Assembly (NCBI RefSeq): GCF_001194135.2
Contig: NC_068995.1
Coordinates: 6,618,610-6,661,205, forward strand
DNA length: 42,596 nucleotides
Direction: 5' to 3'
From: Octopus bimaculoides
Lineage: Eukaryota
Shown here: piece by piece, positions 21,138 to 32,983 of the stretch
Layout of the letters: the number at the start of each line of letters is the position of its first letter
How positions within the stretch are numbered: position 1 is the stretch's first letter
Translations under genes and position numbers: made by a program
The notes under the pieces: generated by a model
What the model saw: only the letters and a program-made list of their open reading frames with translations
The model's database searches: none
Told to the model about the DNA's origin: nothing

Positions 21138-21171
<34 letters not shown>

Positions 21172-21655
21172 NNNNNNNNNNNNNNNNNNNNNNNNNNNNN
21201 NNNNNNNNNNNNNNNNNNNNNNNNNNNNNNNNNNNNNNNNNNNNNNNNNNNNNNNNNNNNNNNNNNNNNNNNNNNNNNNNNNNNNNNNNNNNNNNNNNNN
21301 NNNNNNNNNNNNNNNNNNNNNNNNNNNNNNNNNNNNNNNNNNNNNNNNNNNNNNNNNNNNNNNNNNNNNNNNNNNNNNNNNNNNNNNNNNNNNATATATA
21401 TATATATAACGGGAAGTATATTTGCCACTTAAATGCGGCTAAACCCTAAGGGTGAATGTTACTGTTGCTTTTAACCCCAGGAGAATATCTCCTCCAGCTG
21501 CCTGTTGACACACATCTGTGTCCTGTAGGTATTTGCAAAGGGAAGTCATCCTTCCCATCGTTGATCTGACATGATACGCACTGACTCGAGTTTCTGGGTA
21601 TTTACCGTTCGTCAGCGTGTCGTGCAGTTACTGTTTATACCTCGTTTTGAGATTT

Positions 21656-21702
<47 letters not shown>

Positions 21703-21721
21703 GTATATGTATATGTATATA

Positions 21722-21832
21722 TATTTCCTCTTATTACTTTCTGTCGAAGAGCGTCGGCTCAAAACATAAAAGACTTCTCCATTTTTCCCGAGCGTCAAAC
21801 TAATGCACTTGCTGGTTGTTCCTACACCTGCT
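21722..21832 (+). mobile_element. Penelope-like 3' end with a degenerate hammerhead motif
   Basis: CTTT-CTGTCGAA-GAGC-GTCG-GCTC-AAAACATA-AAAG, then TTTCCCGAGCGTCAAAC; homologous to the reverse complement of 41060-41134. Confidence 0.6.
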
Positions 21833-22259
21833 CACAGAGGAAACAACAGCTACAACGTAAGACGAGATATAACATCACAGGATTATCGACTTGTGTGAGC
21901 GCTCATTCCTGAGCACTTCGATCTACTTCAGCTGCTTATTCTTTTATCATTCACTCAATAATTTGTCACGCTCATATCAGCGCTCAAATACTGAACATTT
22001 CTAGCGTTCAAACACTCAAACCATTGTATGCGTTAGGCCGAATCTCTCAAACTCATTATACTGGAGGAAGGCAGCTCGATATATATGAATATAAATGAAT
22101 TATTAAACACGAGGAAGACCGTATAAATCGATTTCGTTCACAGTTTGTTACTGAACATGATCTGAATAAACAAAATAATATGAAATTCATTTCAATCAAT
22201 TATGGTTTTCTTCTGTGTTAATGATGTTCAGGCAGGCAGCTGGATAGATTGATTAATGG

Positions 22260-22260
22260 T

Positions 22261-22303
<43 letters not shown>

Positions 22304-22867
22304 GGAGAGAGAGAGAGAGAGAGAGAAAGAGGGAGAGAGAGAGAGAGAGAGNNNNNNNNNNNNNNNNNNNNNNNNNNNNNNNNNNNNNNNNNNNNNNNNN
22401 NNNNNNNNNNNNNNNNNNNNNNNNNNNNNNNNNNNNNNNNNNNNNNNNNNNNNNNNNNNNNNNNNNNNNNNNNNNNNNNNNNNNNNNNNNNNNNNNNNNN
22501 NNNNNNNNNNNNNNNNNNNNNNNNNNNNNNNNNNNNNNNNNNNNNNNNNNNNNNNNNNNNNNNNNNNNNNNNNNNNNNNNNNNNNNNNNNNNNNNNNNNN
22601 NNNNNNNNNNNNNNNNNNNNNNNNNNNNNNNNNNNNNNNNNNNNNNNNNNNNNNNNNNNNNNNNNNNNNNNNNNNNNNNNNNNNNNNNNNNNNNNNNNNN
22701 NNNNNNNNNNNNNNNNNNNNNNNNNNNNNNNNNNNNNNNNNNNNNNNNNNNNNNNNNNNNNNNNNNNNNNNNNNNNNNNNNNNNNNNNNNNNNNNNNNNN
22801 NNNNNNNNNNNNNNNNNNNNNNNNNNNNNNNNNNNNNNNNNNNNNNNNNNNNNNNNNNNNNNNNNNN

Positions 22868-22922
<55 letters not shown>

Positions 22923-23195
22923 ACTCTCACTCTCACTCTTTCTCTCCTTCTTGTCTCTTCCTCTCCCTCTCTTTCCCTCCCTCTTCTCTCTAACTCACTC
23001 TCTCTTCTTCATTTTCTTCTTTCTCTTCCTCTCCACCTCTCTCCCTCCCTTTCTATCTATTTCACTCTCTCTATATATCTCTCACTCTCTACTTCTTGTC
23101 TCTTCATTTCCCTCTCACTTATTCTCTCTCATTTATTTTCTCTCTCTGTCTCTCTCTTCTCTCTCACTTATTCTCTCTCTCTTCTCTCTCTCTCT

Positions 23196-23226
<31 letters not shown>

Positions 23227-23410
23227 CTCTCTCACTTATTCTCTCTCTCTCTTCTCTCTCACTTATTCTCTCTCTCTCTTCTCTCTCACTTATTCTCTCT
23301 CTCTCTCTTCTCTCTCACTTATTCTCTCTCTCTCTTCTCTCTCACTTATTCTCTCTCTTCTTCTTCTTCTTCTTGTCTCTTCCTCTCTTTCTCTTCCCCC
23401 CTCTCTCTCT
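22260..23410. repeat. GA/CT polypurine-polypyrimidine tracts around a gap, including a CACTTATT-(CT)n minisatellite
   Basis: (GA)n before the gap and (CT)n after it; seven CACTTATT units between 23112 and 23360. Confidence 0.92.
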
Positions 23411-23659
23411 CACACACACACGCACGCATACTAGCACACACAAAAACGCTTTCTCAGTAGTGACTGCGCTGCGCCGTAATAAGTGCAAGGGAGATCACTC
23501 ACAGTACTTGCCATGTCAAACTGAATTGGGAAACCCTACTGACTTAATTAGAAATATTAGAAGAGAAACCTTAGAAGAGGAACCACTTGTAGATCTTTAT
23601 CGATAATACACACGGACTCGATGAACGTAAATTCACACGCGCGCGCGCACGCACATACG

Positions 23660-23694
<35 letters not shown>

Positions 23695-24356
23695 ACACAC
23701 ACACACACACACACATATATAGATATAGATATATATACATATACATATATAAATATATATATATTTGATATATATATGTATATATATATANNNNNNNNNN
23801 NNNNNNNNNNNNNNNNNNNNNNNNNNNNNNNNNNNNNNNNNNNNNNNNNNNNNNNNNNNNNNNNNNNNNNNNNNNNNNNNNNNNNNNNNNNNNNNNNNNN
23901 NNNNNNNNNNNNNNNNNNNNNNNNNNNNNNNNNNNNNNNNNNNNNNNNNNNNNNNNNNNNNNNNNNNNNNNNNNNNNNNNNNNNNNNNNNNNNNNNNNNN
24001 NNNNNNNNNNNNNNNNNNNNNNNNNNNNNNNNNNNNNNNNNNNNNNNNNNNNNNNNNNNNNNNNNNNNNNNNNNNNNNNNNNNNNNNNNNNNNNNNNNNN
24101 NNNNNNNNNNNNNNNNNNNNNNNNNNNNNNNNNNNNNNNNNNNNNNNNNNNNNNNNNNNNNNNNNNNNNNNNNNNNNNNNNNNNNNNNNNNNNNNNNNNN
24201 NNNNNNNNNNNNNNNNNNNNNNNNNNNNNNNNNNNNNNNNNNNNNNNNNNNNNNNNNNNNNNNNNNNNNNNNNNNNNNNNNNNNNNNNNNNNNNNNNNNN
24301 NNNNNNNNNNNNNNNNNNNNACACACACACACACATACACACACACTCACACAATT

Positions 24357-24434
<78 letters not shown>

Positions 24435-25129
24435 TATGTATGTCAACATATATCCGAGACAGATGTGTGTATTTGTGTGTGTGTATGCATGTCTGTCTAT
24501 CCATGTCTGTGCATGTGTGTGTGTGTATGTGTGTGTGCGCGTGTGTTTGCATGTATGTGTGTATTCTGCGTGTGTGTGTGTGTGTGTGAGTAAGAGAAAT
24601 TAATGCTGTATCCTCTATCAGATCTGCAAACAGAGAGTGTAAAAGTGGACAGTTTTCCTGAAAGGAAATCGTTCATATAATTTCAATGACAGTTTATTAA
24701 TCACGCTATGTACATAACGCAGTATGACCTAGATTAGAATTTATAATTTTACATTCCGATACAAATTATGATTCCTTCATTACGATCGTTTGAACAATAC
24801 GTAGATCATACGTGTCATGGATATAAAATACTGTGTAATATTTGTATTACATGTGATCCCTGTTCATATAGAAAAACAAACGTCGAAGAAGCAATACGTA
24901 ATGAAATAATACATATTACACCATTACCTACATTCTTGGCATTATTATTTATATGTATATATTAACTATTTATCTGCTAATTAATCATCTTTATGTGTGT
25001 ATACGCGCACACATACCACACACACACGCACATACGCACACGCACACACACTCATATATATCCTGTTATTCTTTTATTCTTTTATTTGTTTCAGACATTT
25101 GACTGAGATCATCCTTGAGTATCGTCTTT

Positions 25130-25262
25130 TATTCGAACAGATCGGCCCTAGGACCTATTCTAGCAGCCTCTTCTGCTGAACCGCTAAGTTACGGGAACGT
25201 GAACACACCAACATCGGTTGTCAATCGATGGTGGGGTAACAAACATAGACACACAAACATAT
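25130..25262 (-). mobile_element. SINE family C body fragment
   Basis: GAACCGCTAAGTTACGGGAACGTGAACACACCAACATCGGTTGTCAATCGATGGTGGGG...ACAAACATAGACACACAAAC then (TA)n. Confidence 0.82.
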
Positions 25263-25297
25263 ACATATATATATATATATATATATANNNNNNNNNN

Positions 25298-25334
<37 letters not shown>

Positions 25335-25647
25335 CCTGAACTTGTAAATGTGTGTCTGTATGCGTGTGTATGTATGTATGTATACGTGTCCATATCTGAT
25401 AATGTAGTTTAGTTTTCTATTCCTACTTTACTAAACTATCCTATGCATAAAGTGCAAGAAACAACCACTAATAATGCATTGTGATCAGGCGTGTATATTT
25501 GGTTCTGTTGTTGACACAGTAACATCAGATACATGGAGACACGAACAATATACACAAACAAATGCTTTCTTTCTGTTTATTTGCATTCGTCTGGGTGTAT
25601 GCTTGTTTCTGTATGTTTGTGTGCGTGAAAGACAGAGAGACTCTGTG

Positions 25648-25690
<43 letters not shown>

Positions 25691-25860
25691 ATTTGCGTAT
25701 CTTTTGTATATGTTTGTGTGCATGTGTGCGCGTGTGTTTGTTTTTGTTTCTGCGTACGAACCGCATTATGCACTGGTATAAAAATAATCTTCAAATCTAT
25801 GCAGAATTACATATATATGCACACACGCTTATATACATACATGGATATAAACACATATAC

Positions 25861-25896
<36 letters not shown>

Positions 25897-25952
25897 ATTT
25901 GTTGTGTGTGCAATGTTGTTGAATATTTTGAAATAGTCAATCACAGAGTTGC

Positions 25953-26016
25953 TAATGAAAAAAAAGCAATCATTGTTTATGATTGAACTGTAATCCATCA
26001 ATCTCGTCAGTCATAA
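25953..26016 (-). ncRNA. Degenerate type I hammerhead-ribozyme motif
   Basis: ATGA-CTGACGA (26010-26004)-GATTGA-11 nt-TCAATC (perfect stem II)-ATAAAC (in place of GAAAC)-AATGATTG...TCAT; lies 3' of the Penelope-like RT on the same strand. Confidence 0.5.
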
Positions 26017-26134
26017 TCCTCAAAGGTATCTTCAAAATCACTTCAAGTTTTTGTTTAAAGAAATCTTCTTCTTATAAGAAGAAAATCATAACTGAACTGT
26101 ATGCTGTTGTATTGTTAAAGTTGTTGATGCAAAC

Positions 26135-26135
26135 G

Positions 26136-26182
<47 letters not shown>

Positions 26183-26200
26183 GGCGTCGTCGTCGTCGTC
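26135..26200. repeat. (GTT)n-(GTC)n microsatellite
   Basis: Direct reading. Confidence 0.95.
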
Positions 26201-26299
26201 GTTCTGTTGTTGACTTGTTTCTTACAATAACCCGTTACAGTTGGTGTCTGATCAATAGAGTATTAGATTAGCAACCATGTTAGTTTTACTAAGAAGAAC

Positions 26300-27295
26300 T
26301 TAGTCTTTTTCCATCGAGGTTTGTAAAAATAATTACCCAGCATGCACTACCTCACACTATTAATATGTGCAGCGGAAGCATGTTACAATTAACGATTATT
26401 AAATTTAGTTTCTAATGTGCTTCTGATTTTCGTCAGCAAAGAGGTTTATGAAAGTGCGAACCTTAGTCTAAGGGTCATAAATTCCGAAGTTTCGCAAATT
26501 AAGGTTTTACCCCCACTACATCTCCTTTACATATATCTTCGTTTTGAAGATTTGAAGAACGTTGTTGAATATCTTTTGGTTTATATCTTTCGGTTGTTGA
26601 ATATCCTTGTTTTAATGCGGGTGAACAGATCTTTTGAACACCGAAAATCTTGATCAGATTTTCACAATTGCTGGAGACTCAACAGCTTATAGCGAATGAT
26701 TTGTAACTTATTGTGTTTCTGAAGTCAACGCGGGTGATTACAAAAGTCACTTCGTAGGATAAAAAGCTGCTTATACGTTATCTTCTCGTTGTATGTATTT
26801 GCTAAATATTTTGTAAATGGCTGCGTTTGAGTGACAATAAAGTTATTGATTGTTTAGTTTTGTATAAGTTGTATAATGAGCTGATGCATGATTCAGCGTT
26901 GTATCAAGGAAGCAAATACAGTTTCCTTCATACTGTTATCTTCAGTTTGATATTTGCTGAAGGCAACTGTGATGTATTTCCTCCGTGTATAGGTCGTTCG
27001 CTTAATTCTCCACCTCAATATCAATAGGCCATCATCCCTATATATCCCTAATATTGTCAATTTAGGCCTAGAGTTACTGACATTGTTACGAGCATTCGAT
27101 TAGAGTTAGAGCCTGGGAATGCAAAGTTGTTCTTTCCTTTTTTAAGGCTGGAATATTAAAATGAATTTGCTACTGAGAAGGGACATATTTAGGAATCGAA
27201 CATATTATTAATGGAAATACAGTAAAATCATCCCCGCGCAGAATCGTACGCTAATCACTGGTTCGTATTTCAGGGAGGCTAAACGATATCTATGA
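26300..27295 (-). pseudogene. Decayed Penelope-like element reverse transcriptase (Naiad-type)
   Basis: Across frameshifts: LGIYRDDGLLIL (LGIYRDDGL at 27051-27025), LKITV (26945-), CFLDTTLN (26911-26891), YTTYTKLNNQ*LYCHSN, then ALKQGY..ERYKPK and KGDVVGVKP*FAK. The order matches RT motifs C-D-E and the thumb of Penelope-like elements. Both ends are approximate. Confidence 0.75.
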
Positions 27296-27307
27296 CGTCA
27301 CTAGTCA

Positions 27308-27596
27308 AGGCTTGTAGCTTAGTGGTTTGGGTATTCGGTTCACAATAATAAGATCGTGCATTCGATTCCCGGCGGCGAGCTGTGTCCTTGAGCAAGACAC
27401 TTTATTTCACGTTGCTCCGGTTCACAAAGCTGGCAAAAATACATGTCATATTTTATGTCCCGCAGAATCTTCCTAACTATGTCAAGGTTACTTGTGTCTG
27501 CGGAGTGCTCAGCCACATGCATGTTACTTTCACGAGCAAGCTGTTCCGTTGATCAGATGAACTGGAATGCTCATCGTCGCAACCGACGGAGTGGCA
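27308..27596 (+). mobile_element. tRNA-derived SINE (head type 1, tail X)
   Basis: TAGCTTAGTGGTT (A-box), ATTCGATTCCC (B-box), TGTGTCCTTGAGCAAGACACTTTATTTCACGTTGCTCC, then a tail ending AACCGACGGAGTGGC. Confidence 0.88.
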
Positions 27597-27899
27597 GTTT
27601 ATGGTGTCACTAAAATACTCAACTGAAAAATTTAGTTATAGCAATTCTATTGGCTGTAACAAATCACTTTCGCAATATTATTGGTTATATTATTATATAT
27701 CATTGGTTAAAGCTTATTAAATTTACACAAGAATATTGATTATAATATATTAAAGTTCTATAATGGTATTGATTGTAATATATTGATTTTTAATATTAGT
27801 ACAGTACTGCAATCTTTGTTTGCGTTTTTTGTGATTGCGATGGGGTGCAGACAATAAATATCTACCGCAGTATTTGGTGGGTATTTTATGGAGGCTGAA

Positions 27900-27958
27900 A
27901 GTAAAAGGATTTGTTCGGTGTCAGAGGAATTTGAACTCAGAATGTACATGGACGAAAC
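27900..27958 (-). mobile_element. SINE family A fragment
   Basis: GGAATTTGAACTCAGAATGTACATGGACGAAA. Confidence 0.65.
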
Positions 27959-28156
27959 TGAATTATTTTACAGTAGTTTATTCAATGGTACGTGGTTGAA
28001 TCGCTGCACGACAGGTGTGTGCTTCGTTTAGTAATTAATATATTTAAGTACCAGAACGTTACCATCCTAGAAGACATTGTAGGTGAACGATATGACACCA
28101 TCTGAAATTTCTAAACGAAATAACAACCAACTGTCTGTTAAAATGACATATTGCAT

Positions 28157-28290
28157 AAGGCGAACTGAAAGAGGCATTAGAGCATCGGACGAAATACCTT
28201 GTTGTATTTGTTTCGATTCCTAGCGTTCTGAGTTCAGATCCCACCGAGGTCAGTTTGCCTTTCATCATCAGGGTCGATAAATAAAGTATC
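28157..28290 (+). mobile_element. SINE family A copy (5' half, diverged)
   Basis: AAGGCGAACTG ... CGTTCTGAGTTCAGATCCCACCGAGGTCAGTTTGCCTTTCATC ... GGGTCGATAAAT. Confidence 0.8.
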
Positions 28291-29239
28291 TGACCAATGC
28301 AGTGACATGGTGAAAACGCAGAAGCGTCGGATGACCTTATGCATTATGGTATTTACACTTTATTTTTTTTATTTTGCGGTATATTCGTTCTCAGTTCAAG
28401 TTCAACCGTGGTAGCCATTAACATATCTTATTTAGTTGAGTTCGAGAATAACTCCAACCCACCAGTGTGAGAAGTCCTCATAAGAGGATGCAGCCTATCT
28501 TATTTATTTACTTTTTTATGACTGACCAATGATAAAATGTGGCCTTAATGTTTACCTTTTACTCGTTTCGGTTAGCAGACTATCCAGGAAGAATTTTGTG
28601 TCGGATGTATTGCAAATCGCAAATCCTATGCAGTCAACCAAATGTTGATGTGTATAAATATATATGATTCAATTGCATTGATTGAATATCTTCATTTATG
28701 CGTTCGGGAATTTGGTTGACTACCTAGCATTTGCGTTTTCATTTTCCTCTACTCTGTATTATATATACATACATATATACGTGTTTCTACCCCAATTTTG
28801 CTATAACCAAAAGGACTTAGACATATACAAAAAAGAGTACAACATATCTATGGCATTTGTAAATTGCATTACTGTATGTCTCTTCTGTTTTTTAATTATC
28901 ATAAATCTTCCACTGGGGAGAGAGTCGGTTTCCACCAAAGGTACGAAGCTCCATCTTTGGGATGTAGTATGTATGTATGTATGTATCTATGTCTGTCAGT
29001 ATGTGAGTGTGTGATTATGTAGATGTGCTGGAATATGTTTAATATGTATACATTGCGTGGTGGCTGACACGTAGAGGGAAAAAATAATTCAAAAACATGA
29101 GGTATTCTTTGATGTATTCGTATAAAGAAGTTTTTACAAGATTTAGGAAAACTGGGGGTTTTTTTCCATTGAATTAGAGGAATCAGGTCAAGAATCTAAA
29201 GAAATTGTCGTTCAACAATACAACAGGAATAAAACTTAC

Positions 29240-29338
29240 ATAAAACGTAGTAACGGGTCACATGGTTTTAATGAGCTCTGGTGCATAAGACCTTCAGAGA
29301 ATTTTTGAATGATTTTGTCATAGTGTTTAAGCAAAGGT
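29240..29338 (-). CDS. Candidate isolated 99-nt internal coding exon (phase 2-2), product unknown
   Basis: (TG)-rich tract then TTTTAGTAG| exon |GTAAGT. Only one frame is open: PLLKHYDKIIQKFSEGLMHQSSLKPCDPLLRF. No family recognised. Confidence 0.3.
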
Positions 29339-29572
29339 CTACTAAAACGTGTAGACACATATAGACACACACACAGGTGGATCAGTGTGTACTTGTGTGC
29401 GTGTGTGTGTTATGGGGTGTGTGCACATGCATGTGTGTGTGTGTGTGTGTATGTGTGTATGATTGGGTGTATAAACGAGGGAGAAAATAGTCGATATATT
29501 GAAAAAGTCTATTTATTTGTTAAAGCGCAATCCTTTACTGCTGATGTTCTCTCATTTTTTGGATGTATATAT

Positions 29573-29621
<49 letters not shown>

Positions 29622-29701
29622 CATATATACATACTTATATTTTTGTAAATATATATATATGTATATATACGTGTGTGTGTGTATAGATATGTTGTGTGTG
29701 T

Positions 29702-29770
<69 letters not shown>

Positions 29771-30417
29771 TTTGGCTAGAGTATATATATATATGTGTGT
29801 GTGTATTTCCTTGTGTGTGGCTGTATGTCTGCGCGTATTTACCAATGCTTGCGTCAGAGCATCGTATAAAAAACAAACTTCATGTCTCAGACAAAAAGAT
29901 GTCTCCATATATGCCACACACACACACACTTACGCGTATAGATGAGCCTAGACCCACGCGACTACATACATATACACAAGCACATGCAAACACACACACG
30001 CAACACACACGCGCGCGTACATGTGAAAGTGTATGTGTGTGTCTGCGTGAGTGTATACGTGTATGATTCAGGTGAAATTTGGACAAATTCCTATACTTAT
30101 CTTAACAGGATTTTGTGTGATACGAGAGAGAGAGAGACATTGTGAGACTAACTGCGTTAGTAGGTATGCAATAAGAGAAATATGTGAGAGAGAGGGAGAA
30201 TACTGAGTGAGTGAGTGAGTGAGTGAGTGAGTGAGTGATAGTCTGTTTGAAAACCACCTCAGTTTATCGCACTATGAAATACCGTCTAACGACATGATGG
30301 CTGCCATAACTGAAGCGATAAAAGCCTCGCTTTGAAGCTAGAAATTTTAGTCGTAAACTTTTTATTCCTTCTCATTCCTCTATCACTTCGCTGTATAGAC
30401 ATTGCTTGGCGCGTATA

Positions 30418-30462
<45 letters not shown>

Positions 30463-31592
30463 NNNNNNNNNNNNNNNNNNNNNNNNNNNNNNNNNNNNNN
30501 NNNNNNNNNNNNNNNNNNNNNNNNNNNNNNNNNNNNNNNNNNNNNNNNNNNNNNNNNNNNNNNNNNNNNNNNNNNNNNNNNNNNNNNNNNNNNNNNNNNN
30601 NNNNNNNNNNNNNNNNNNNNNNNNNNNNNNNNNNNNNNNNNNNNNNNNNNNNNNNNNNNNNNNNNNNNNNNNNNNNNNNNNNNNNNNNNNNNNNNNNNNN
30701 NNNNNNNNNNNNNNNNNNNNNNNNNNNNNNNNNNNNNNNNNNNNNNNNNNNNNNNNNNNNNNNNNNNNNNNNNNNNNNNNNNNNNNNNNNNNNNNNNNNN
30801 NNNNNNNNNNNNNNNNNNNNNNNNNNNNNNNNNNNNNNNNNNNNNNNNNNNNNNNNNNNNNNNNNNNNNNNNNNNNNNNNNNNNNNNNNNNNNNNNNNNN
30901 NNNNNNNNNNNNNNNNNNNNNNNNNNNNNNNNNNNNNNNNNNNNNNNNNNNNNNNNNNNNNNNNNNNNNNNNNNNNNNNNNNNNNNNNNNNNNNNNNNNN
31001 NNNNNNNNNNNNNNNNNNNNNNNNNNNNNNNNNNNNNNNNNNNNNNNNNNNNNNNNNNNNNNNNNNNNNNNNNNNNNNNNNNNNNNNNNNNNNNNNNNNN
31101 NNNNNNNNNNNNNNNNNNNNNNNNNNNNNNNNNNNNNNNNNNNNNNNNNNNNNNNNNNNNNNNNNNNNNNNNNNNNNNNNNNNNNNNNNNNNNNNNNNNN
31201 NNNNNNNNNNNNNNNNNNNNNNNNNNNNNNNNNNNNNNNNNNNNNNNNNNNNNNNNNNNNNNNNNNNNNNNNNNNNNNNNNNNNNNNNNNNNNNNNNNNN
31301 NNNNNNNNNNNNNNNNNNNNNNNNNNNNNNNNNNNNNNNNNNNNNNNNNNNNNNNNNNNNNNNNNNNNNNNNNNNNNNNNNNNNNNNNNNNNNNNTAAAT
31401 ATATATATACATATATATATATATATACATATATATATATTTACATATATATACATATACATATGCATACATAAACATATGTACATTATATATGTATGTA
31501 ATTATTTATATACATACACGCATTTACATATATGCGTATATATATATGTGTGTGTGTGTACATACATATCATTGAATGATTACGTACGTATG

Positions 31593-31627
<35 letters not shown>

Positions 31628-31687
31628 AAATATGTATATATACACGTATGTATATATACGTACATAGATATCATTGGCTTGTGTATC

Positions 31688-31689
<2 letters not shown>

Positions 31690-31768
<79 letters not shown>
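31690..31768. repeat. (GT)n microsatellite
   Basis: Direct reading. Confidence 0.95.
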
Positions 31769-31771
<3 letters not shown>

Positions 31772-32769
31772 CCTCAGAGGAATCTTAAGAAGCAAAAACG
31801 GCGAAGTCTTAAAATCAGAAAATACACAATACACATACAAAACCGTGATTTTACGCCATTCTACCACCGCCCCACGACTCTCCGCCACAACCGAACTAAC
31901 TCCGTACCACAGTACTATGACTATTAGACCATTTAGTAAGCAAAGTCTGTACTATCTGACAGTGAGAAACTGTTGAGTCACTTTGGTTTTAAGTATCTTG
32001 TGATAGAAGTTGGTTTAATGATAACAAGTTGTTCAAAGTAAAACTACGTGTCTCTCCGGTTGTTTAACCCTAGGTCATTTCTCAGTGAGCAGAGCTATAT
32101 AATCGAAACTATTCCAACCATTATCTTTCTCTGTGTTTCTGCTGTATCGACCGTGACATTAACAACTGCTCCGTTCTTTGTTGAAGATGTTGGTGGTTTG
32201 ATTTCAGAGAGATCGTGCTGTTATCTCCGGCTGGGCTAGCAACAACCAAAAGCCGCTTGCTCAGAGTGCACAAATCTCCGTGTGTTCATACGATCGTATG
32301 TGTATGTATGTGTGTATATGTATGTGCACGTATGTTTGTATGTGTGTTAACATGTATGCATGTATGCCGTGTGTGTGTGTTGGGGATTGCGGTAAATATA
32401 TGCACGCTAGTGGAAGTATGTGAACTCAGCGCAACAAACTAACAAAATATTTTTCAAGACATTTTCCAGTTCTCTCACTGTTAACTCTAGTGAAATGTTT
32501 GTATGGCATATATTTACAGCTAAGCAGACTGAGATGTCGCTTGAGGTTTTATCTAATGACCCTGGAAGTAGAGAAAGCAATCATCGATCCTGATGGAAAT
32601 CACTTTCATACTTACAGGGACTTGACTACACGTTAATGCGAATACTACGTGTAACGTTGTGGTCAAGTTACTACCACTTCTACTACTACTAATACTACGA
32701 CTACCACTACTACTACTACTACTATTACTACGACTACCACCATCACCACTACTACTAAGCATAGAATTC

Positions 32770-32983
32770 GGTGAGCTGGCAGAATCGTTAGCATGCCGTG
32801 CAAAAGGCTTTCCAGTATTTCGTCCGTCTTTACGTTCTGAGTTCAAATTCTGCCGATGTCGACTTTGCTTTTCATCCCATTTGGGGTTGATAAAATAAAT
32901 AACTGTTGATCACTAGGGTTGATGTAATTGACTTACCTCCCCTGAAACTGCTGGCCTTGTGCCAAAATTTGAAACCAGTATTA
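32770..32983 (+). mobile_element. SINE family A full-length copy
   Basis: GGTGAGCTGGCAGAATCGTTAGC ... GAGTTCAAATTCTGCC ... GCTGGCCTTGTGCCAAAATTTGAAACCAGTATT; preceded by an (ACT)n mosaic at 32665-32757. Confidence 0.92.

Noticed and set aside
26066-26083. Perfect 18-bp palindrome TTCTTCTTATAAGAAGAA
   Set aside because: Low-complexity arms within a decayed element; no independent support for function.
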